This document shows positions 37,935 to 47,330 of a DNA stretch of 64,000 nt, piece by piece. The DNA is from Anaerolineae bacterium (lineage in GTDB: Bacteria; Chloroflexota; Anaerolineae; Anaerolineales; Villigracilaceae): contig JBBITE010000011.1 in assembly GCA_037440905.1 (NCBI GenBank), forward strand, positions 10,037 through 74,036. The letters run 5' to 3'. The notes beneath the pieces are model-generated. The model did not search any database and was not told where the DNA came from. It was given only the letters and a program-made list of their open reading frames with translations. A program made the translations under genes and the position numbers. Every line of letters begins with the position of its first letter. Position 1 is the stretch's first letter.

Positions 37935-39167
37935 ATGAACATTCTCTTTCTCACGCAAATCGTTCCCTTCCCGCCCGATGCGGGACCCAAGGTGAAGACG
38001 TATCATGTCATCCGCGCTCTGGTGGGGCAGGGACATTCTGTAACTCTCGTCTCGTTTGTTCGTCCAGAAGAAGTACGATACCTGCCTGCTTTGCAGCAAA
38101 TCTGCAGCGAGGTGCATGCCGTGCCCATTCGCCGCTCGCGGTTGGCAGACGCCTTTTACATGCTGAAGAGTTATCTCAGCGGGCGTCCGTTTCTCATCGA
38201 GCGCGATGACCTGCGCCCAATGCAGGAGATGGTCAACCGCCTGGTGCGGGAGAAAGAGTTCCACTTCCTTCACGCCGACCAGTTGACGATGGTGCAGTTT
38301 GCGCTGCGCGGCGCGGCGGCGGCTGGCGGGCAGAAGCCCAAGGTCATCTTCGACGCGCACAATGCCGTGTGGACGATTGTGGAGCGGATGAAGGACAACG
38401 CCCGCTGGTTCCTCAAGCCCGTGCTTTCCGTCGAGGCGAGGCGCGTCAAACGCTATGAGGGCAGTCTGCTGCAAAAGGTGGATCACGTCCTGGCGGTGAC
38501 CGAGATTGACCGCTCGCTTCTCGAAGAAGCGCTGCACGCTTCTTCCAACGGGCGAAGCGGGCGTACTGCCCCCATCACCGTCATCCCGATTGCGGTGGAT
38601 ACGCAAAAACTTCAGCCTGTGCGCCGCAAGCCCGGCTCGCGGAACATCGTCACCCTTGGCACGCTGCATTACCCGCCCAATGCCGACGGCATCCGCTGGT
38701 TCTTCAACGAAGTCTTCCCGCTGGTGCGCGAGCGCGTGACGGATGCCACGCTGACCATCATCGGCAAGAACCCGCCGGCGGATTTCCTCGAACTGGCGCA
38801 GCGCAACGCGGAGGCCGTGCGCGTGACGGGATACGTGGAAGACCTCCGCCCGTATCTCGAAGAAAGCGCGCTGATGGTCGTGCCGGTGCGGGCGGGCGGG
38901 GGGATGCGCGTCCGCATTCTCGAAGCGTTTGCGTATGCCATGCCTGTCGTCACTACCACCGTTGGGTTGGAGGGCATCCGCGCCGCGCCCGGTCATCACG
39001 TCCTTGTGGCAGATACGCCCGGCGAGTTTGCCGCGCGCACCGCAGAACTGCTGCAAAGCCCCGCGCTGCAGGAAAAACTGGCAGCAAACGGCAGAGAACT
39101 GGCGGTTGCCGCCTACGACTGGCAGGCAGTGCTTTCTGCCATGAGACCGATTTATGAGCAAGCGTAG
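37935..39167 (+). CDS. GT4 glycosyltransferase (related to 33434)
   Basis: PFPPDAGPKVK, PNADGIRWF, AGGGMRVRILEAF. Confidence 0.9.
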   Translation: MNILFLTQIVPFPPDAGPKVKTYHVIRALVGQGHSVTLVSFVRPEEVRYLPALQQICSEVHAVPIRRSRLADAFYMLKSYLSGRPFLIERDDLRPMQEMVNRLVREKEFHFLHADQLTMVQFALRGAAAAGGQKPKVIFDAHNAVWTIVERMKDNARWFLKPVLSVEARRVKRYEGSLLQKVDHVLAVTEIDRSLLEEALHASSNGRSGRTAPITVIPIAVDTQKLQPVRRKPGSRNIVTLGTLHYPPNADGIRWFFNEVFPLVRERVTDATLTIIGKNPPADFLELAQRNAEAVRVTGYVEDLRPYLEESALMVVPVRAGGGMRVRILEAFAYAMPVVTTTVGLEGIRAAPGHHVLVADTPGEFAARTAELLQSPALQEKLAANGRELAVAAYDWQAVLSAMRPIYEQA

Positions 39168-39182
39168 AGGACGTTCTCTAAC
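39162..39182 (+). repeat. GTAG-foot REP-like element, copy 1
   Basis: GCGTAGAGGACGTTCTCTAAC; 20/21 identical to 42905-42925. Confidence 0.6.
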
Positions 39183-39225
39183 CTCTCCTGCAGCATGAAA
39201 GCATCGAATACGCATAAAAGGATTT

Positions 39226-40575
39226 ATGAGTAGAGAGAGTCACCCCCCCCTATTCGCCATGCTTCTGAAGCGCATCAAAACCCAGCCTTTGGCATTCATC
39301 CTGTTCGTCTCTGTCGGGCTGCGGCTGGGGGTGGCGTTTCTGATGGGCAATCAGGTGGTGGAACTGCCCGGCATCTTCGACCAGATTTCGTATCACAACC
39401 TTGCCCTGCGCGTTGTGGGAGGTCACGGCTTCACCTTCGGCGAGATGTGGTGGCCCATCACCCGCGCCGGCGAGCCGACGGCGCACTGGTCATTCCCTTA
39501 TACGCTTTATCTTGCCGGCGTGTATGCGCTTTTCGGCGTTTATCCGCTGGCGGGGCGCATTTTTCAAGCCATCATCGTCGGTATCTTTCATCCACTCATC
39601 ACCTACCGTCTCGGCGAAAAACTTTTCGGCAGGAACATTGGTCTCATCGCCGCTGCCATCGTTTCGATTTATATCTATTACGTCTATTACGGCGCGGCGC
39701 TGATGACTGAACCGTTCTACATTACCGCCATTCTTTTCAGCCTGTACTTTACCGTGCAACTGGCGGAAAGCAGCGACCGCAAGCAGGACTTCAAACTCGC
39801 TCTGGCATTGGGAATTTCGCTCGGGCTGACCGTCACCCTGCGGCAGGTGTTTCTGCTCTTCCTCCCCTTCCTGTTCCTCTGGCTGTGGGCGGTTCGCTTC
39901 AAACGGACCCGCCGCCTGCCTCTGCTTTCCTCAGCCTTATCTTTCGCCCTGCTGTTTTCCTTCATCCTGCCCATTACGGCTTTCAACTACGCCCGTTTTC
40001 ACCGCTTCGTGCTGCTCAACACCAATTCGGGGTATGCTTTCTTTTGGGGCAACCACCCTGTATATGGGACGAAATTCATCCCCATCCTCTCCACGCCCGA
40101 ATACCAGGCGCTCATTCCCGAAGAAGTCCGTCATTTGGACGAAGCGGCTCTCGATAGTGAACTGCTGAAGAGGGGCATCCAGTTTGTTGTCCAGGACCCG
40201 AAGCGTTATTTCCTCTTGTCGTTGAGCCGCATCCCGCCGTATTTCATGTTCTGGTATTCGTCCGAGTCCACCACTTTGAGCAACATCTCGCGCATGGGCA
40301 GTTTTGGGCTTTTCCTGCCGTTCATGCTCTACGGACTGGTTTTGAGTGTTCGCCGCAAGCCGTTTGGGGCGCTGGCGCTTTCGCCACAGGGATTGTTGAT
40401 CCTGTTTGCGCTGGTCTATTCGGGCGTGCACATCCTCACGTGGACGTTGATCCGCTACCGCCTGCCGGTGGATGCGGTGCTGATTCCCTTCGCTGCGCTG
40501 GCGCTGCATGACCTGGCGCGGCGGCTCTCCGTGAAATTTCCGGTTGTACAGAGATTGATCAAGGCAGGAGAATAA
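39226..40575 (+). CDS. GT-C membrane glycosyltransferase (ArnT/PMT-like)
   Basis: Multi-TM; FDQISYH in first loop, PYTLYLA, MTEP, C-terminal RYRLP. Confidence 0.8.
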   Translation: MSRESHPPLFAMLLKRIKTQPLAFILFVSVGLRLGVAFLMGNQVVELPGIFDQISYHNLALRVVGGHGFTFGEMWWPITRAGEPTAHWSFPYTLYLAGVYALFGVYPLAGRIFQAIIVGIFHPLITYRLGEKLFGRNIGLIAAAIVSIYIYYVYYGAALMTEPFYITAILFSLYFTVQLAESSDRKQDFKLALALGISLGLTVTLRQVFLLFLPFLFLWLWAVRFKRTRRLPLLSSALSFALLFSFILPITAFNYARFHRFVLLNTNSGYAFFWGNHPVYGTKFIPILSTPEYQALIPEEVRHLDEAALDSELLKRGIQFVVQDPKRYFLLSLSRIPPYFMFWYSSESTTLSNISRMGSFGLFLPFMLYGLVLSVRRKPFGALALSPQGLLILFALVYSGVHILTWTLIRYRLPVDAVLIPFAALALHDLARRLSVKFPVVQRLIKAGE

Positions 40576-40576
40576 G

Positions 40577-41752
40577 ATGCAACTTAACCGCATGATTGTG
40601 ATTGTGCTGGATGGTGTCGGCGCGGGCGAAGCGCCCGATGCGGCGGCGTATGGCGATGCGGGCAGCAACTCGCTCGGCAACGTGGCGCGCGCCATCGGCG
40701 GCTTGAACGCCCCAAACATGTATCAACTTGGCTTGGGCAACATCACCTCCATTGAGGGCGTGCCGCAAAACCCAAACGCTCAAGGCGCTTTTGGCAGGTT
40801 TCAGCCCCGCTCGGCTGGCAAGGATACGGTCATCGGTCACTGGGAGATGATGGGCATCTACCTGCCGGTTGCCTTCCCCACTTATCCCAACGGCTTCCCG
40901 CCCGCCGTGCTGGACCCGTTCCGCAAGGCAATCGGGCGCGATGTGCTGGGCAATAAGCCCGCTTCCGGCACCGAAATCCTCAAAGAACTGGGCGTCGAAC
41001 ACATGCAGAGCGGCAAGCCCATCGTGTATACCTCCGCCGACAGCGTCTTTCAGATTGCTGCGCATGAGGAAGTGATTCCGCTGGAGGAGTTGTACAAGAT
41101 GTGCGAGATTGCCCGCGGCATTTTGCAAGGCGAACACGGCGTGGGGCGCGTCATCGCCCGCCCGTTTGTGGGCGATTCCCCCGAGACCTTCAAACGCACC
41201 ACCCACCGCCGCGACTATCCGCGCAGCCCCGAATACCCCACCATGATGCAAAAACTCGTGGCGGCGGGCAAAGACGTGTACTCCGTCGGCAAAATTGACG
41301 ACATCTTCAACCATCAGGGCATCACCAAAAAGAACCACGTGCTGACCAACAAGGAAAGCCTGGATGTGACCCTGACGCTGCTCGAAGAAGACTTCGAAGG
41401 TTTGCTGTTTGTCAACCTGATCGAGTTCGACATGATTTACGGTCACCGTAACGACCCGCGCGGCTATGCCGATGCGCTTGAGCAGTTCGACTCCTACCTC
41501 CCCGAAATCCAGAAGCGCCTCAAACCCGCCGACCTGGTGATCGTCACCGGCGACCACGGTGTGGACCCCACCACCCCCGGCACCGACCACTCACGCGAAT
41601 ATGTGCCTCTCCTTGCCTTTGGACCCAACATCAAACACGGCGTCAACCTCGGCGACCGCGACACCCTGGCCGACATCGCCGGCACGCTGGCAGAGATGTT
41701 TGCGCTCGAACCGCAGCCGATTGGCAAAAGTTTCTTGAAAGAAATTGTGTAG
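40577..41752 (+). CDS. deoB: phosphopentomutase
   Basis: IVLDGVGAG, SAGKDT, YTSADSVFQIAAHE, RVIARPF, NLIEFD..YGHRND, TGDHGVDPT. Confidence 0.92.
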   Translation: MQLNRMIVIVLDGVGAGEAPDAAAYGDAGSNSLGNVARAIGGLNAPNMYQLGLGNITSIEGVPQNPNAQGAFGRFQPRSAGKDTVIGHWEMMGIYLPVAFPTYPNGFPPAVLDPFRKAIGRDVLGNKPASGTEILKELGVEHMQSGKPIVYTSADSVFQIAAHEEVIPLEELYKMCEIARGILQGEHGVGRVIARPFVGDSPETFKRTTHRRDYPRSPEYPTMMQKLVAAGKDVYSVGKIDDIFNHQGITKKNHVLTNKESLDVTLTLLEEDFEGLLFVNLIEFDMIYGHRNDPRGYADALEQFDSYLPEIQKRLKPADLVIVTGDHGVDPTTPGTDHSREYVPLLAFGPNIKHGVNLGDRDTLADIAGTLAEMFALEPQPIGKSFLKEIV

Positions 41753-41804
41753 GTGGTGTACTCAACCGCCGCATAGCCCCGCACTTTTCGAGGTTTGATA
41801 GACC

Positions 41805-42872
41805 ATGAAATTCATCTCTGTTGTGGGCGCGCGCCCGGAATTTATTCAGGCTGCTCCGGTCAGCCGCGCCCTGCGCAAAAATCATCACGAAGTCCTCGTC
41901 CACACCGGGCAGCACTACGACTACCTCATGTCGCAGACCTTCTTCGACGAACTCGGCATTCCCGCGCCCGATTACAACCTCGAAGTCGGCTCCGGCTCCC
42001 ATGCGGCGCAAACCGCCGAAATCCTCGTCCGCTTCGAGGAAGTCCTCCTCAAAGAAAAACCGCACTGCGTCATCGTGCGCGGCGATACCAACTCCACCCT
42101 GGCAGGCGCGCTGGCGGCGAGCAAACTGCACATTCCCACCGTCCACATCGAAGCCGGCGAGCGCAGTTTCGACCGCCGCATGCCGGAAGAAATCAACCGC
42201 CTGGTTGCCGACCGCCTCGCCTCCGCCTTTTTCTGCGTCAGTCAGACCGCCGTGCGTCACCTCGCCGCCGAAGGCATCGCCCGCGATGTGTACTGGGTGG
42301 GCGATGTGATGCTGGATGCCAACCTCGCTAACCGTCCCCTCGCGCGGCGGAAATCCTCGGTTCTGACCACGCTCGGGCTTGCTCCTGCTTCCTATGGGCT
42401 TGTCACCGTCCACCGCGCCGCCAACACCGACGACCCTGCGCGCCTGACGAACATCATCACCGCCCTCAGCCAGGTGGGGGAGACGGTGATCTTCCCCGTC
42501 CACCCGCGCACGCGCGGCGCGTTGAACAAACTCGATGTGCGCTTTGGCAGCAACCTGCGCCTCATCGAACCGGTCGGTTACTTCGATATGATGGTGCTGG
42601 AAGAGAACGCGCGCATCATCGCCACCGATTCGGGCGGCGTGCAGCGCGAGGCGTACTTCATGCAAAAACCCTGCCTCACCCTGCGCGACGAAACCGAATG
42701 GACCGAAACGGTCGAAGCCGGCTGGAACAAATTGGTCGGGGTGGAAGTGGAGAGGATCATCCACGAGTGGAAGACCTTCACACCGCCTGCCGAACAGCCG
42801 CCCATCTTCGGTGATGGGCGCGCCGGCGAGAAGATTGCCGAGATTCTGGAAAAGATTCAATTATCGCTCTAA
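41805..42872 (+). CDS. wecB: UDP-N-acetylglucosamine 2-epimerase (non-hydrolysing; WecB/WbpI-like)
   Basis: VGARPEFI, HTGQHYD, RGDTNST, HIEAG.RS, PEEINR, TDSGGVQREA, LRDETEW. Confidence 0.93.
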   Translation: MKFISVVGARPEFIQAAPVSRALRKNHHEVLVHTGQHYDYLMSQTFFDELGIPAPDYNLEVGSGSHAAQTAEILVRFEEVLLKEKPHCVIVRGDTNSTLAGALAASKLHIPTVHIEAGERSFDRRMPEEINRLVADRLASAFFCVSQTAVRHLAAEGIARDVYWVGDVMLDANLANRPLARRKSSVLTTLGLAPASYGLVTVHRAANTDDPARLTNIITALSQVGETVIFPVHPRTRGALNKLDVRFGSNLRLIEPVGYFDMMVLEENARIIATDSGGVQREAYFMQKPCLTLRDETEWTETVEAGWNKLVGVEVERIIHEWKTFTPPAEQPPIFGDGRAGEKIAEILEKIQLSL

Positions 42873-42904
42873 CCGATCCCTCGACGCGCATAGCCCCTCC
42901 GCTC

Positions 42905-42930
42905 GCGTAGCGGACGTTCTCTAACGTTCG
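42905..42930 (+). repeat. GTAG-foot REP-like element, copy 2
   Basis: GTAG followed by CGGACGTT-CTCT-AACGTTCG hairpin. Confidence 0.65.
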
Positions 42931-42971
42931 AGGGTGGATGAGAGCAATGCTCCTCTCCGAAAAGGAATTCC

Positions 42972-44294
42972 ATGCAAAACACCTCAAGACCCAAAATCGG
43001 CATCATCGGCGGCGGCATCATGGGCATCAGCCTGGGCTACTTCCTCTCCAAACAGGGAGCCGCTGTCACCATCTACGAAGCCTCCCCCGTCCTCGGCGGG
43101 CTGGCGGGACCCATCACCCTGGAAGACGGCACACAGGTAGACCGCTTCTACCACGCCATCCTCTCCAGCGACCGTCATCTGAGCGACCTGTGCAAAGAAT
43201 TGGGCATTCACGATCAGTTGCGCTTCAAGGAGACCAAAACTGGTTTCTATTACAAGGGCGCGATCTACCCAATGAACAACATCATCGAGTTTCTCAAATT
43301 CCCGCCCCTCGGCTGGATTGACCGCTTCCGCCTCGGGCTGACGGTGCTTGCCGCACAATTCATCAAAGACTGGCGCACGCTCGAATCGGTCAGCGTGCAG
43401 GATTGGTTGTTGAAATGGAGCGGCGGGAACACCTTCCAAAACATCTGGCGCCCGATGCTCAAAGCCAAATTCGACGGCGGCTTCGATGATGTCCCTGCCA
43501 CGTGGATCTGGTCGCGCCTGGTACGCATGAAGTCCACGCGCGAGGGCGCCAACCAAAAAGAAATGGCGGGTCACCTCATCGGCGGCTACATTACCCTCAT
43601 CCAGGCAATGACCGAAAAAATCAAAGCCAGCGGCGGGCAGGTGCTGCTGCAAACCCCGGTCAAAGAGATTCTCATCGAAAACGGCAAAACGAGCGGCATC
43701 CGCCTGGCGAACGGCGAAACGGTGAACTTCGACAAGGTGGTTTGCACCATGCAGGCGCCGGTCTTTCAGCGTTTGCTCCCCAACGCCGACCCTGCCTACC
43801 AGGCGCTTCTCACCCAAACCGAATACCTGGGCATCATCGCCCCGCTGCTCGTCCTCACCCGCCCTCTTACCGGCAACTGGACCATCAATATCACCGATGA
43901 CCGCTTCCCTTTCACCGGCATTATCGAAACCACCGCGTACATTGACCCGCAATATGTCGGCGGCTATCACCTCGTCTATCTGCCCAAATACACCGCCCCC
44001 GGCAGCGACTGGCAAAAGAAAAGCGACGACGAGATCAGGCACATTTGGCTCGAAAACCTGCAAGCCATGTTCCCCAACTTCGATCCATCCACCATCAAAT
44101 ATTTCCTCATCCACCGTGAGCGTTACGTCGAGCCGCTGCATGGGCTGAACAAAACGGACTCCATGCCAGAGGTCAAAACGCCTGTCGAAAACCTGTATCT
44201 CGCTACCACCGCTCAAATCTACCCGGCGCTTACGAACGGCGAGTCGGTCAGCCGCCATGCGCGCGAAGCGGCGGGAATCATCTTGGGCGCATAA
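42972..44294 (+). CDS. FAD-dependent oxidoreductase (amine oxidase/protoporphyrinogen-oxidase-like fold)
   Basis: IGIIGGGIMG, YEASPVLGG, DRFYH, QIYP. Confidence 0.85.
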   Translation: MQNTSRPKIGIIGGGIMGISLGYFLSKQGAAVTIYEASPVLGGLAGPITLEDGTQVDRFYHAILSSDRHLSDLCKELGIHDQLRFKETKTGFYYKGAIYPMNNIIEFLKFPPLGWIDRFRLGLTVLAAQFIKDWRTLESVSVQDWLLKWSGGNTFQNIWRPMLKAKFDGGFDDVPATWIWSRLVRMKSTREGANQKEMAGHLIGGYITLIQAMTEKIKASGGQVLLQTPVKEILIENGKTSGIRLANGETVNFDKVVCTMQAPVFQRLLPNADPAYQALLTQTEYLGIIAPLLVLTRPLTGNWTINITDDRFPFTGIIETTAYIDPQYVGGYHLVYLPKYTAPGSDWQKKSDDEIRHIWLENLQAMFPNFDPSTIKYFLIHRERYVEPLHGLNKTDSMPEVKTPVENLYLATTAQIYPALTNGESVSRHAREAAGIILGA

Positions 44295-44344
44295 TACCGT
44301 CATGGATTATGGACGCCCTCCAGTGTCCGCTTTGGAGAAAAGCA

Positions 44345-44923
44345 ATGGAAAATAAAAACTATATTATCGTCGTTTCGGGGCTGCCGCGCTCCGGCACATC
44401 CATGATGATGAAAATGCTCGAAGCCGGCGGCTTGCCCATCCTGACCGACAACCTGCGCACGCCCGATGCCAACAACCCCAACGGCTATTATGAATTTGAG
44501 CGCGTCAAACAACTGCCGCAGGGTGATTACGGCTGGCTGCCAACGGCGGGCGGAAAGGTCGTCAAGATTGTGACCGGGCTGATCATGTACCTGCCGCCGG
44601 GGTATCACTACAAGGTCATCTTTATGCAGAGGGCAATGAAAGAAGTGTTATCATCCCAGAAGAAAATGCTCGGTCGCCTGGGCAGGGAGGATGACAAGGT
44701 CGAAGATGAAAAGATGCGCAAGATTTACCAAGAACACCTCAAACAGGTGAATGCCTGGCTGGCAAAACAGCCCAACTTCGAGGTGCTTTATGTCAATTAC
44801 AATACCATGCTCAGCGATCCGCTCGATTCGCTCGAAAAGGTCAACGAGTTTTTAGGCGGCGGCATGGATGTAAACCTCATGGCGGGGGTGATCAACACAG
44901 AGTTGTACCGGGAGAGAAGGTAA
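44345..44923 (+). CDS. sulfotransferase-family P-loop protein
   Basis: SGLPRSGTSMMMKML 5'-PSB loop, NPNGYYE, IFMQR, YNTML. Confidence 0.8.
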   Translation: MENKNYIIVVSGLPRSGTSMMMKMLEAGGLPILTDNLRTPDANNPNGYYEFERVKQLPQGDYGWLPTAGGKVVKIVTGLIMYLPPGYHYKVIFMQRAMKEVLSSQKKMLGRLGREDDKVEDEKMRKIYQEHLKQVNAWLAKQPNFEVLYVNYNTMLSDPLDSLEKVNEFLGGGMDVNLMAGVINTELYRERR

Positions 44924-44931
44924 GGGGGGAA

Positions 44932-44971
44932 AGTAGAGAGTAGAAAGTAGAAAGTAGAAAAAGTAGAAAGT
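44932..44971 (+). repeat. heptamer tandem repeat (AGTAGAA)~5
   Basis: AGTAGAG AGTAGAA AGTAGAA AGTAGAA AA AGTAGAA AGT. Confidence 0.85.
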
Positions 44972-45003
44972 GACAACCAGAGAAAAAGGAAAGGAGTAGG
45001 AAC

Positions 45004-45234
45004 ATGCTGTTTGTTTTATTCAACCTGGTCGGACCGCTGCGCCCGCCCGAATACCTGGGACCTGAAACCCTCATGCCGCTGGCTTCCATTCTGGCGGCAA
45101 TTGCCGGCTTTTTCCTCTTGTTTTGGCGGCTCATCGTGAAGTTCTTCAAAACCTTATATCGCAAGGTTCGCGGACTGCCGGATGAAGTCCCGCCGGAGGT
45201 AGAAGACCCCGCGGAAGAAGAGCCGGAGAAATAA
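45004..45234 (+). CDS. small single-pass membrane protein
   Basis: 76 aa; RBS before ATG; EYLGP, TM (LASILAAIAGFFLLFW), basic stretch, acidic Pro/Glu tail. Confidence 0.75.
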   Translation: MLFVLFNLVGPLRPPEYLGPETLMPLASILAAIAGFFLLFWRLIVKFFKTLYRKVRGLPDEVPPEVEDPAEEEPEK

Positions 45235-45394
45235 GCCGGTCTAACAGTCAGGCGCATCGCCGGCGTTTTGCCACGCTGCTTGCGCCGAAACCAACCTCTC
45301 TCGAGATGCTGATTACAAAATGACTGTAGATTCGCCTTTTTATGATTTATACGAAAGATGGCGCTTAACAAGGATTCTAATCCCTCACGAGAAA

Positions 45395-45470
45395 GCGTAT
45401 TGGGCGTTCTCTAACGCCGAATTTGCGCAAGAGAGCGCAAAGTACGCAGGGTTTTCGTGATCCACGAAAA
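45395..45470. repeat. REP-like copy 3 plus CGCAAAG-type periodic units and an 8-bp hairpin
   Basis: GGCGTT-CTCT-AACGCC (45403-45418); GCGCAAGAGAGCGCAAAGTACGCAGG; TTTTCGTG-ATC-CACGAAAA (45452-45470). Confidence 0.55.
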
Positions 45471-45488
45471 TTGGTGAAAGTACAGAAA

Positions 45489-47330
45489 ATGAACAAAGTG
45501 ATTGTCATTGGGCTAGATGGCTTCGAGCCGAAGATTGCCGAGGCGATGATGGCGCGCGGCGAACTGCCCAACCTGCAAAAAGTACGCGAGCAGGGCGGTT
45601 ACGCGCGCCTCGGCACCACCTATTCCGCGCAGACGCCGGTTGCCTGGTCCACTTATTCCACCGGCACCAACCCCGGCGGGCACGGCATCTTCGATTTTCT
45701 CAGCCGCGACCCCAAAACCTACCTGCCCGTCATGGCGCTCAGCCGTTACGAGCAAAAAAACGCGTTTGTGCTGCCCAAAGTGGTGAACATGCGGCGCGGC
45801 ACGCCCTTTTGGGACCTGCTCTCCGCCAGAGACGTGCCTTCTACCATCCTGCGCGTACCGTGTGCCTACCCGCCGGATCAGGTAAAGGGACGCATGCTCT
45901 CCGGCGTCGGCGTGCCTGACTTGCGCGGCGGCTTTGGCACGCCCACCTTTTATTCCACCCGCAAAGACCTGCATGCCGACCAGAGCGAGAAGGTGATTGC
46001 CGTCCGCGTGGAAGGGGAGCGGGTGGCGACGCAGGTCATCGGTCCGCGTGACCCGAAGACCAAGTCCGATCACAAGTTCGATATCCAAATCCAAATCCTG
46101 CGCGCCGAAAATAAAATCATCATCTCTTCCCAGGGGCAGCCCGATAAATTGGAAGTGCAATTGGGCAAGTGGAGCAAGTGGCTCAAGGTGCGCTTCAAGG
46201 TGGGGATGATGCAAAGCGTGGCGGGCATTGTGCGCTTCAACCTGCGGCAGATCGAACCGGAGTTCGAACTGTATGCCTCGCCGGTCAACTTTGAGACCGA
46301 AGAGCCGCTCTTTCCCATTAGCCACCCAAAGGAATATGCCCATGAACTGGCGATGAAGATCGGGCGTTATTACACGGCCGGCATGGCGGAAGATCACGAC
46401 GGCTTGAACCTGAACCGCTTTGACGAGGCGGCATATCTCGATCAATGCCACATTGTGATGCGCGAACGCCGCCGCATGATGGAATATGAATTGGGCAGGT
46501 TCGAGCGCGGTTATTTCTATTGCCTGTACGATACGCCCGACCGCCTGGCGCACATGTTCTGGCGCTTCCGTGAAGCCGACCATCCCTCCAACCGCCCTCA
46601 CGGCTACAACGTCGAGTTTGCCAACGCCATCGAAGAACATTACCGCGAATGCGATGCCATCGTGGGCGAGGCGCTAAAGGCGGTGGATGACGAAACGCTC
46701 TTCATCGTCCTCAGCGATCACGGCATGAATTCGTTCCGCCGCGGTTTGAACCTGAACACCTGGCTGTACGAAAACGGTTTCCTCGCGCTCAAGCCCGGCG
46801 TGCAGCCCGGCGAAAGCGGCGACTTTTTCCAAAACGTGGATTGGGATAACACCAAAGCCTTTGCCCTCGGCTTGGGCTGCATCTTCCTCAACCTCAAGGG
46901 ACGCGAAGCCAACGGCATTCTGAACGCAGAAGCAGCCGAACAAACCCGCGAGCAAATCGTGCGCGGGCTGAGCGGGCTGGTGGATGCCGAACGCGGCGCG
47001 GTGGCAGTGCGCAGCGTGGTGCGCCGCGAGCAAGTCTATAGCGGACCCTACCTCGAGGAAGCGCCCGACCTGCTCGTCAATTTCTCTGAAGGCTATCGCG
47101 TCTCGTGGGATACGCCCCTCGGCGGCGTGCCGCAGGGCTTGTTTGCCGATAATCACAAACGCTGGGGCGGTGACCACGTTATTGACCCGGCGCTCGTGCC
47201 GGGCGTGTTGTTCATGAACCGAAAGTTCCGCGCCGATTCGCCAAACCTGGTTGACCTTGCACCGACAATTTTGAACGTCTTCGGCGTGCCGAAAAATGCC
47301 GAAATGGAAGGGAGCGATTTGCTGTCATGA
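45489..47330 (+). CDS. alkaline-phosphatase-superfamily (NPP/phosphodiesterase-type) protein, no signal peptide
   Basis: IGLDG, AQTPVAWSTYSTGTNPGGHGIFDF (Thr nucleophile), DRLAH, LSDHG, GDH, DLAPT. Confidence 0.88.
   Translation: MNKVIVIGLDGFEPKIAEAMMARGELPNLQKVREQGGYARLGTTYSAQTPVAWSTYSTGTNPGGHGIFDFLSRDPKTYLPVMALSRYEQKNAFVLPKVVNMRRGTPFWDLLSARDVPSTILRVPCAYPPDQVKGRMLSGVGVPDLRGGFGTPTFYSTRKDLHADQSEKVIAVRVEGERVATQVIGPRDPKTKSDHKFDIQIQILRAENKIIISSQGQPDKLEVQLGKWSKWLKVRFKVGMMQSVAGIVRFNLRQIEPEFELYASPVNFETEEPLFPISHPKEYAHELAMKIGRYYTAGMAEDHDGLNLNRFDEAAYLDQCHIVMRERRRMMEYELGRFERGYFYCLYDTPDRLAHMFWRFREADHPSNRPHGYNVEFANAIEEHYRECDAIVGEALKAVDDETLFIVLSDHGMNSFRRGLNLNTWLYENGFLALKPGVQPGESGDFFQNVDWDNTKAFALGLGCIFLNLKGREANGILNAEAAEQTREQIVRGLSGLVDAERGAVAVRSVVRREQVYSGPYLEEAPDLLVNFSEGYRVSWDTPLGGVPQGLFADNHKRWGGDHVIDPALVPGVLFMNRKFRADSPNLVDLAPTILNVFGVPKNAEMEGSDLLS

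Noticed and set aside
30786-45470. CRISPR array among the intergenic repeats
   Set aside because: Repeats are dispersed palindromes or short tandem units, not regularly spaced repeat-spacer units; no cas genes.
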